Part shown: in pieces, positions 1-5,856 of the stretch
Position numbering within the stretch: the stretch's first letter is position 1
Layout: each line of letters begins with the position of its first letter
Translations under genes and position numbers: made by a program
Notes under the pieces: generated by a model
The model's database searches: none
What the model was told of the DNA's origin: nothing
Seen by the model: only the letters and a program-made list of their open reading frames with translations
IMG/VR virus record: IMGVR_UViG_3300048910_000050
Coordinates: 1 to 45,256 of that record
Length of the DNA stretch: 45,256 nucleotides
DNA from: a virus
Reading direction: 5' to 3' (one strand)

Positions 1-127
1 GGCTAGCCATGCGACCTGGGCCCGGACATTTACGGGATTCCTTTGGGCTCGCTGGAGGCTTAGCATGGGTACGTGCCGCCTTGTGCATCAGATCGCGAAG
101 GAACGGGCTTCTACCCAAACCTCCCCG
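1..127. repeat. Terminal overlap identical to 45130-45256 (circular-contig closure signature)
   Basis: Read directly: ggctagccatgcgacc...ctacccaaacctccccg occurs at both window ends in the same orientation. Confidence 0.95.
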
Positions 128-208
128 AATCTGATCGAGAAGGCTGATTTCAGCTTCGTTCAGCTTCACTTCGACGGTTCCAATACGTGCTGCGTGGTTC
201 ATAGTGTT
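1..208 (-). CDS. Ribbon-helix-helix (CopG/MobC-like) small DNA-binding protein, N-terminal part. The ORF leaves the window start and finishes at 45129..45092 on the circle (about 81 aa in total).
   Basis: ATG at 208 is preceded by AAGGAG with a 7-nt spacer. MNHAARIGTVEVKLNEAEISLLDQIRGGLGRSPFLRDLM has the strand-helix-helix pattern. It is absent from the ORF track because it crosses the window edge. Confidence 0.55.
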
Positions 209-267
209 GCTCCTTGGTGTTGCGGGTTTACTAGGAGGGGACTTCTGGTGCTGCTGATGCTTAAGGG

Positions 268-537
268 TTACTGCGGCTGGGGTGATGTAGCTGGCGGAGC
301 GCCAGTCTTGCGACGGCGACGAACAAGTTCCGGCCAGATGCTTTCCCATTCGTCGGGGAACATCTCTTGGCGGGTTACTTGGCCGCCGGATGCGACCTCG
401 ATGGCGGCGCCGTACTTCGTCGGGATTGGGCGAATGCCGTTCTCAAACTGGTACAGCATCGCGCTGGAGATACCGATCCGACGTGCGAATGCCGCTTTGT
501 TGAGGCCAGGAGTCTGGAGGAAAGTAGGCAGGTTCAT
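268..537 (-). CDS. Cro/YdaS-like HTH regulator; first gene of the leftward early operon
   Basis: 89 aa. HTH segment LNKAAFARRIGISSAMLYQFENGIRPIP. Divergent from the cI-like gene across an operator-bearing spacer. Confidence 0.8.
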   Translation of the reverse strand: MNLPTFLQTPGLNKAAFARRIGISSAMLYQFENGIRPIPTKYGAAIEVASGGQVTRQEMFPDEWESIWPELVRRRRKTGAPPATSPQPQ

Positions 538-543
538 GCCTAC

Positions 544-572
544 ATACTAGCAAAGCTATTTTGATGGCGCAA
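544..572 (-). promoter_or_regulatory. Candidate PR-like promoter: TTGCGC, 17-nt spacer, TAGTAT (minus-strand reading)
   Basis: The hexamers were read on the reverse complement. The -10 ends about 7 nt before the cro ATG (537), which implies a leaderless or near-leaderless mRNA. The operator at 548-558 overlaps it. Confidence 0.4.
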
Positions 573-604
573 GTGCTATTAGACCGCGTTTCGTAGCTTT
601 GCTC
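546..604. promoter_or_regulatory. Operator cluster between cro-like and cI-like genes (TAGC-N3-GCTA palindromes)
   Basis: tagcaaagcta at 548-558 and tagctttgctc at 594-604 (inverted, 10/11). The 15-mer actagcaaagctatt (546-560) recurs exactly at 1993-2007. Confidence 0.6.
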
Positions 605-628
605 GTTGATGGTATTAATAACAACGCT

Positions 629-1138
629 ATGCTTGCAAAGATGAAAGAGAAGAAACCCCTAGAGGAATGGCAGTTAGAGGACGCGCGGAACTTACGCCGT
701 CTATTCGAGGCCAGAACCGAGACTGTTGCCGAAGGAAAACTGATCTCTCAAATGGAGTTCGGCGCCAAGTATGGTATTGGCAGCCAAGGCATGGTCTGGC
801 AGTACCTGAACGGGCATAGGCCGTTGAACATAAAGGCCGCTGTGGCGTTCGCCAAGGGCCTTGATGTCAAGGTTTCGGACATTAGTGCAACGCTAGCCGC
901 GCAGATCGATGACGCGTCAAAGCTGGAGCACGACAAGCCAGCATTGCAGCTGGCAACCAGTCCGGAGGAGCGGCAGTTGCAGTGGGTATCAAGTGTGGAG
1001 GCAACGCTACTCAGCGCCTTTCGGTCTTGTTCTCATGCTCAGCAACAGGGGTTATTGGCTATCGTCGCCAACTTTTCCGCCGCCATCGGAAACCAGTCGA
1101 AGACTGACCAGGGACCGGCGAGGGAAGACTCGCGATAG
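629..1138 (+). CDS. CI-like XRE-family HTH repressor with no recognisable S24 peptidase domain
   Basis: HTH ISQMEFGAKYGIGSQGMVWQYLNGHRP. Its position is divergent from cro. The start is ambiguous (TTG 599, ATG 629 or ATG 641). No GDSM or Ser-Lys autocleavage motifs in the C-terminal half. Confidence 0.7.
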   Translation: MLAKMKEKKPLEEWQLEDARNLRRLFEARTETVAEGKLISQMEFGAKYGIGSQGMVWQYLNGHRPLNIKAAVAFAKGLDVKVSDISATLAAQIDDASKLEHDKPALQLATSPEERQLQWVSSVEATLLSAFRSCSHAQQQGLLAIVANFSAAIGNQSKTDQGPAREDSR

Positions 1139-1246
1139 TGCCTCAAGGGCGAGCAAGGCGTTGATCTGGCCATCATCGCTCATGCTGTCGAGGATGCGTT
1201 TGGCAATTTCCGAACGATCCATCGGCGGGCGTTTTTGCTGTTCCAA
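1052..1246 (-). CDS. 64-aa protein, paralog of 19834..20028 (shared ...AL.R.FPR.....LRLV..GG tail)
   Basis: TTG start at 1246 is preceded by GAGGAGA. Hand alignment to the ORF upstream of ant gives 23/49 identical residues. It converges on, and overlaps, the cI-like 3' end by 87 nt. Confidence 0.5.
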   Translation of the reverse strand: MEQQKRPPMDRSEIAKRILDSMSDDGQINALLALEALSRVFPRRSLVSLRLVSDGGGKVGDDSQ

Positions 1247-1441
1247 GGCGTCTCCTCTTGGGGGTATTGTTTAACAATATTTTTTATTTGCAACCACTGT
1301 ATACCCACACAGTAAGGAAATCTAGTGCCTCTTTGTAGGGCACGTTGCAAAATCACCGAAAGTAAATTGTCACAAATTCTAACGACACATAAATGCATAT
1401 GACATGGCGTAACCACGCGCCAAGTGCGAATTAGGGATGAA

Positions 1442-1846
1442 ATGAAAACAAAATCAATATTCGTTGCGGCACTGTGCGCCGCCGTACTGGCTGGCTGCGC
1501 TTCGTCAGCCGTCGTTGTTGGTCAGGTCCGGCCGGCCATCTCTCCAGCGCAGGTAAAGCTGTATCTGATCCCTCCGAGAAAATTCGAGCAGGTGGCATTG
1601 CTTGAATCAAGCAGCAAGTCATCGTGGGCAGTATCGGACCAGGGGAAAACCGATGTCGTAATCCAGCGCTTGAAGGAAGAGGCGGCGAAGATCGGAGCCA
1701 ATGGCATTCTATTGAGCGGAGTGGGAAGCCAAAGCGCCGGCAGCGTTGGAGCGGCAAACCTTAATGGAAACACCGCTTTTGGGGTGAGCGCCGGGATCTT
1801 CCACAAGGCCGGCAGTGGCGTTGCCATTTACGTTACAGAAGAATAA
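1442..1846 (+). CDS. Lipoprotein moron (DUF4156-like by eye)
   Basis: Signal peptide plus lipobox, MKTKSIFVAALCAAVLAGC. AT-rich upstream region (1262-1423). Strong terminator downstream. It occupies the rex/sie position next to the repressor. Confidence 0.8.
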   Translation: MKTKSIFVAALCAAVLAGCASSAVVVGQVRPAISPAQVKLYLIPPRKFEQVALLESSSKSSWAVSDQGKTDVVIQRLKEEAAKIGANGILLSGVGSQSAGSVGAANLNGNTAFGVSAGIFHKAGSGVAIYVTEE

Positions 1847-1896
1847 TCCCCGCCTATAGCCGGGTGGGGCAAGAAGCTCCACGCCGACTTACAACT

Positions 1897-1921
1897 GCCC
1901 GCGCTCGCGGGCTTTTTTTTT
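1897..1921 (+). terminator. Rho-independent terminator after the lipoprotein gene
   Basis: GC stem gcccgc/gcgggc with a 4-nt loop, followed by a run of 9 T. Confidence 0.8.
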
Positions 1922-1992
1922 GCCCTGGCGCAGGGTCAAGTCGTCTCCAGTGTTGGCCCAACCACACCCCAGCAAAAAAAATAGCACAACGA

Positions 1993-2034
1993 ACTAGCAA
2001 AGCTATTGCACTAGCAAACTAGCGGTGCTATTAT
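1993..2034 (+). promoter_or_regulatory. Candidate PL-like promoter (TTGCAC 2006-2011, 17-nt spacer, TATTAT 2029-2034) embedded in operators
   Basis: Operator copies tagcaaagcta 1995-2005, tagcaaactag 2012-2022 (half match) and tagcggtgcta 2020-2030. Same motif as at 546-604. Confidence 0.55.
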
Positions 2035-2083
2035 GAACTCCATCGCAACGAGCCCAGCAGGGCGAACCGAAGGAGATGCAGCC

Positions 2084-2266
2084 ATGTACACCTACACCGT
2101 AGTTTGCTTTGGAGCCGAGATTGGCTTTGGCGAAAGCGAAACGTTCCTGGACGCCAAGCGCGAAGCGGAAGCGCAGGCATCGGAAAACGGCAGCTGGTAC
2201 CCGCGTAGCGATTGGGGCTACATCACCCGCAATCCGGCCGGGATGACGGTCGAGTTCAACGTCTGA
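2084..2266 (+). CDS. Hypothetical early protein (60 aa)
   Basis: ATG 2084 is preceded by AAGGAG. It is the first ORF after the PL-like promoter. The track ORF start at 2033 lies inside the promoter. Confidence 0.6.
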   Translation: MYTYTVVCFGAEIGFGESETFLDAKREAEAQASENGSWYPRSDWGYITRNPAGMTVEFNV

Positions 2267-2277
2267 GCGGAGGCCGC

Positions 2278-2625
2278 ATGAACGCCCGCATGTCCGAAGA
2301 GGAAGCCCGCGAAGCAAAGATCGCCGAGCTCACCGCCAAGAACGCCGAGTACACGAAGGCGCTGATCGCAAAAGGCGACCCGAAGACGATCCGCGACGTG
2401 GGCAGCGACGTGACCGACTACCTCGCGTTTGCCCGAGACGATCTGAACAAGCTCGTAACTGGCGCGATGACGTTCGAGCAGGTCCGCGACAAGGTGATCG
2501 ATGCCGATGCTGAAGTGGCAGCAATCGAGCAGGTCGAGAAGATCGAAAAGGACCGCGAAGAACAGGCGCGAATGGCTCGTATTGAGCGCATGGCTTGGAA
2601 TCGTGAGATTGGGTACCTGATATGA
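2278..2625 (+). CDS. Hypothetical early protein, acidic/coiled (115 aa)
   Basis: ATG 2278 follows GGAGG; it overlaps the next gene at its stop. Confidence 0.65.
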   Translation: MNARMSEEEAREAKIAELTAKNAEYTKALIAKGDPKTIRDVGSDVTDYLAFARDDLNKLVTGAMTFEQVRDKVIDADAEVAAIEQVEKIEKDREEQARMARIERMAWNREIGYLI

Positions 2626-2852
2626 ATCAGCGCGAAATGAAGCTTCTTGAGAAGGCATTCATAGCAGAGTTCGAGGAAGGCGCACATGGGGCAATCGGCA
2701 TCATGCAGACGAAAAGTAAGGTGGCAGCGAAGTTGGTCGAGGACGGTTATCTGGTCAAGGACAAGATGGTCATTGCTGGTCGCTTCCCGGTGACCATCGA
2801 AGGCTACCGACTGACGCACTTGGGACGACTCACTTACTGCACGGGCTGTTGA
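2622..2852 (+). CDS. Hypothetical early protein (76 aa)
   Basis: ATGA start/stop overlap with the preceding gene; complete ORF. Confidence 0.65.
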   Translation: MNQREMKLLEKAFIAEFEEGAHGAIGIMQTKSKVAAKLVEDGYLVKDKMVIAGRFPVTIEGYRLTHLGRLTYCTGC

Positions 2853-3123
2853 TGGAACGGAGCGCCGCGCCCCGTATAACGCGCGGCTTGCCCTGATCTG
2901 GGGTCAGGAAATTCAGGGAGTGGAATCTCAAATGTCCCGCTGCCAGCGTCACAAGCCGCCTGACTGGCGTAACCAGTCGCCACACATGGGCCGCGATGGA
3001 TTCTAAGCGTTGCGCCCGGTGACTGGATCGGAGTAATTACCGATTCAGATCCGGGGTGGCAGGAAATGATCAGCCTGCCGAGAAGTCCCAGCGCCTACTC
3101 GGTTCGACTCCGAGGCGGTCCAT

Positions 3124-3151
3124 GTGTGGTGAATGCGCAGGCTGATGCGCA
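3124..3151 (+). repeat. 28-nt element gtgtggtgaatgcgcaggctgatgcgca; exact inverted copy at 37000-37027
   Basis: Read directly. Contains TGCGCA-N6-TGCGCA. Both copies are in the sense orientation of the local operon. Confidence 0.9.
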
Positions 3152-3235
3152 AGCAGTTGAAGTGGCGAGGGGCGAGTAGGAGGCATCCGAAATAAGCCCG
3201 GCTTCGCCGACTAGCGCGGACCACTTAGCGACCGC

Positions 3236-3267
3236 AAGCCCGAGATCAGCGCGGGCCGCCACAAGCA
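3236..3267 (+). repeat. Second collinear similarity block (27/32 nt ungapped) with 36920-36951 (reverse complement)
   Basis: aagcccgagatcagcgcgggccgccacaagca versus aagccggagatcagcaccggccaccacaacca, aligned by hand. Confidence 0.6.
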
Positions 3268-3357
3268 AGCCTGAGTGCTCACAGGCCCATGCGGGACATG
3301 GTGAAAGCCCGACCGAACAACAACCGCCGGCGACGCCGGCCATATAGGAGCAGCACG

Positions 3358-3831
3358 ATGGAAGCGAAGCACACGCCGACGCCATGGCGCGTTGTCAACA
3401 GCACCCTGATCAAAGACGAGCTCATGCCGTTCGACCGCGACGAAGGAGAGACAGCGCTTATCGCCACTGCTGGCGGCCACACGACCGCACGCGCCGAGGC
3501 CAACGCCGCCTTTATCGTCCGCGCCTGCAATGCGCACGACAAGCTGATCGAGGCGCTGGAACTGGCGGAAAGCGTGATGTCGTTCAGCCGTGGTGACTCG
3601 TACGAGCGGGAGTGCACGCAAGGCGATTACAACCGGTTCCAGAGCATCTATCGTGATTTCTTCCCAGCGCAGGATACGGGACCGTCGTTCGCCGATGTCA
3701 ACCGTCTGCCTTGGGGCGCCGAAAAGCGTGCGCCTTGCCCGCATTGCGGCAAGAAGTACGGCGTCGTTACCGGCCTGAAGGCCCACATCAAGGCAAAGCA
3801 TTCCGAACTCGTCACCGGGAGCGCCGCATGA
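3358..3831 (+). CDS. Ead/Ea22-like protein (HTPTPW motif) with a C-terminal classical C2H2 zinc finger
   Basis: ATG 3358 follows AGGAG. MEAKHTPTPWRV is at the N-terminus. CPHCGKKYGVVTGLKAHIKAKH fits C-X2-C-X3-Y-X5-L-X2-H-X4-H. Confidence 0.75.
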   Translation: MEAKHTPTPWRVVNSTLIKDELMPFDRDEGETALIATAGGHTTARAEANAAFIVRACNAHDKLIEALELAESVMSFSRGDSYERECTQGDYNRFQSIYRDFFPAQDTGPSFADVNRLPWGAEKRAPCPHCGKKYGVVTGLKAHIKAKHSELVTGSAA

Positions 3832-4004
3832 CCGCCGCCCGCATCGCGCGCCGCCAGGAGCAGGCCGAGCCAGCACCTCGCCGCGACGTCATCGGATCGC
3901 TGCTGTTCTGGAAGCTGGACTGGTTCGAGGCCCACCCCCTCATATGCTTCGCCGGGATCATCCTGACGATTGTGATTAATGGTGTTCTCGAAAGGTTGCC
4001 ATGA
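3828..4004 (+). CDS. Small membrane protein (58 aa)
   Basis: ATGA overlap with the upstream stop; hydrophobic segment LICFAGIILTIVINGVL. Confidence 0.55.
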   Translation: MTAARIARRQEQAEPAPRRDVIGSLLFWKLDWFEAHPLICFAGIILTIVINGVLERLP

Positions 4005-4213
4005 ACACGCTACTGAGGATTGACATCAAGCTGCTGCGCGACGCGCTTGCCAGTAACGGGGGTGGTGTGAATGCAGACATGTATTCGGTGGCATCTCGGA
4101 CTCGGCTGATGAAGGCTGGCCTGATCCAGTGGAAGCCGAACTCGCGCACCGTGTTCGTTTCACTGCTGACGATTACGAAGGCAGGCAAGGAATTGTTGGA
4201 GCGCCTTCCATGA
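4001..4213 (+). CDS. Hypothetical small protein, possibly winged-helix (70 aa)
   Basis: ATGA-coupled complete ORF. Confidence 0.65.
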   Translation: MNTLLRIDIKLLRDALASNGGGVNADMYSVASRTRLMKAGLIQWKPNSRTVFVSLLTITKAGKELLERLP

Positions 4214-4323
4214 TACGCCATGCAGCCGCAGCCCTCGTGTTCCTGCTGGCCTTCCTGTTCATCGTGGCGGAAGTGCAGCAGTTGGATGAGATGAATCAAC
4301 CGATGCCTATCTGGAGGCCCTGA
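4210..4323 (+). CDS. Small hydrophobic peptide (37 aa)
   Basis: ATGA-coupled; AAALVFLLAFLFIVA transmembrane segment. Confidence 0.4.
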   Translation: MIRHAAAALVFLLAFLFIVAEVQQLDEMNQPMPIWRP

Positions 4324-4502
4324 TGAACAACGCAGACGCAGCTGACGCGCTCCAGCAGTACGAAGAGATGGCGAAGCGCCGGACCCTGTGGCCACCTAAG
4401 CCGGTCGAGCCGTGTACCGGCGAACCCTGGCGCCCGGTGATGACCGAGCAGGAGCGCAGGGAGCACGAACAGTACGTAGAGATGAATGATTTGCCCTTCT
4501 AA
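4323..4502 (+). CDS. Hypothetical protein (59 aa); below the track threshold
   Basis: ATG 4323 overlaps the upstream TGA and follows GGAGG. Translation MNNADAADALQQYEEMAKRRTLWPPKPVEPCTGEPWRPVMTEQERREHEQYVEMNDLPF. Confidence 0.5.
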   Translation: MNNADAADALQQYEEMAKRRTLWPPKPVEPCTGEPWRPVMTEQERREHEQYVEMNDLPF

Positions 4503-4513
4503 GCGAGGAAGAT

Positions 4514-5083
4514 ATGAAACAGATCGCCCCAGCATTCATCAAGGCCAAGCGCGCATTCATGCCGGCCTTGAAGGACAAGAATAACCCAGCTTTCCGCAGC
4601 AAGTATGCCGACCTTGGCGCGTGCCTGGAGGCTGTCGAAGATGCGCTGCTCGAAAACAGCATCGCACTGTATCAAGAGACGTTCGAGGATCAGACCGGCG
4701 TGACCGTCGAAACCGTGCTGCTTCACGAGTCGGGCGAGACGATCCGAGGCGGCAAGCTGCATGTCCCGGCCGCGAAGCAGGATCCGCAGGGATACGGTTC
4801 GGCGCTGACATACGCTCGCCGCTATTCGCTGATGACCGCGTGCGGAATCGCTCCCGAGGACGACGACGGCAACGCGGCAACCAAGGCTGTACGCGAGAGC
4901 AAGCCGGACAGCGTTGGGCTGGCAAATGCCGTGAACGCGATCCGCAACGCTGCCAAGGTTGAGGACATCGCTAAACACCTGAATGCAGCGGTAAAGCTGT
5001 TCCCGAACAGCAAAGACGCCCTGACGAAGCACGCCAGCGAACGCAAGGCACAACTCACGCAACAACTCGCGGAGCAAGCATGA
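4514..5083 (+). CDS. erf: ERF-family single-strand annealing recombinase
   Basis: NPAFRSKYADLGACLEAV, HESGE and QGYGSALTYARRYSLMTACGIAPEDDDG match the P22 Erf-family pattern. Confidence 0.85.
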   Translation: MKQIAPAFIKAKRAFMPALKDKNNPAFRSKYADLGACLEAVEDALLENSIALYQETFEDQTGVTVETVLLHESGETIRGGKLHVPAAKQDPQGYGSALTYARRYSLMTACGIAPEDDDGNAATKAVRESKPDSVGLANAVNAIRNAAKVEDIAKHLNAAVKLFPNSKDALTKHASERKAQLTQQLAEQA

Positions 5084-5388
5084 TCGACCTGACCGCCATC
5101 GACCAAGAGACCATCGTGGCGCGCGGGCAGTACGCCACGGTCCGAAGCGCCCACGAGGACGAGAAGAAGCACCTCTCTATCCTCTGCGGCCAACTGTCGT
5201 CTGTGTCGTCCCAAGTACTGCGCTACATGCAGCCGGGCGAGGACGATGCACCTGACCTGCGTGCGGTAAATGACATGCTGTCGGCCGCGCGCCGAACCAT
5301 GGACGAGATTGAGAAATGCGTCACGAACATCGAGCAACTGGCGGTCCAGCAATCCAGCCTCAGGCAATCGGCATGGGGGCGCAAATGA
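5080..5388 (+). CDS. Hypothetical protein (102 aa)
   Basis: ATGA-coupled on both sides. Confidence 0.6.
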   Translation: MIDLTAIDQETIVARGQYATVRSAHEDEKKHLSILCGQLSSVSSQVLRYMQPGEDDAPDLRAVNDMLSAARRTMDEIEKCVTNIEQLAVQQSSLRQSAWGRK

Positions 5389-5846
5389 AAGAACTGGTCC
5401 TTACCAAAGCCCCGGGCGGCGCGCTGATACCGGTCGATCCGCAGGCGGCCGAATATATCTCGAAACTGAAGCTCGGCGCCGGCGTTATAGCGACCGTAAA
5501 GCTGCACCGAAACCCGCGCTTTCATAGAAAGTTCATGGCCCTTCTCAACGTGGCATTCGATGCGTGGGAGCCGGTCGAAGCAACGTACAAGGGTCAGCGA
5601 GTTGGCAAAAACTTCGACCAGTTCAGGCGGGATATCACGATCCTGAGCGGCCACTATGAGATGGCGGTGAACCTCAAGGGTGAGACACGACTGACGGCCA
5701 AGAGCATCAGCTTTGCCAACATGGACGAAGACGAGTTCGGGAAGTTATACAACGCCGCTTGCGACGTGATCCTGAAACGCATCCTGACCAACTACACCCG
5801 CGACGATCTGGACGCGGTAATCGATCGCCTGATGGGCTTCATCTGA
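5385..5846 (+). CDS. DUF1367-like phage protein (153 aa)
   Basis: The MKELVLTKAPGGALIPVDPQAAEYISKLKLG...HRKFMALLNVAF pattern is recalled from lambdoid DUF1367 proteins. ATG 5385 is coupled to the upstream stop. Confidence 0.7.
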   Translation: MKELVLTKAPGGALIPVDPQAAEYISKLKLGAGVIATVKLHRNPRFHRKFMALLNVAFDAWEPVEATYKGQRVGKNFDQFRRDITILSGHYEMAVNLKGETRLTAKSISFANMDEDEFGKLYNAACDVILKRILTNYTRDDLDAVIDRLMGFI

Positions 5847-5856
5847 GAGAGACAGC

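Noticed and set aside
65-550. 161-aa plus-strand ORF, and 367..564
   Set aside because: They lie antisense to, and overlapping, the well-supported cro-like and RHH genes. They have no RBS and poor composition.
599-628. TTG 599 as the start of the cI-like gene (track annotation)
   Set aside because: It lies inside the operator/promoter spacer (operator 594-604). ATG 629 or ATG 641 is more plausible, but the start remains unproven.
3025-3122. Possible complete tRNA gene ending in the T-arm/acceptor-like sequence at 3098-3122
   Set aside because: With the only compatible 5' acceptor strand (3025-3031) the molecule would be 98 nt. I could not fold a D-arm or a 7-nt anticodon loop; the internal hairpin has a 10-nt loop. 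It is kept only as a tRNA-like 3' fragment in a finding.
3134-3196. Arg-rich 20-aa peptide MRRLMRKQLKWRGASRRHPK starting inside the 28-mer (an N-like ARM?)
   Set aside because: The equivalent ORF from the second copy would read through the terminator and far into terS. There is no RBS. This is probably coincidental.
3287-3297. 11-mer cccatgcggga recurring in the late leader (37244-37254 on the minus strand, near-copy 37051-37060 on the plus strand)
   Set aside because: Matches of this length are expected many times by chance in 45 kb. The copies are also not collinear with the 28-mer block.
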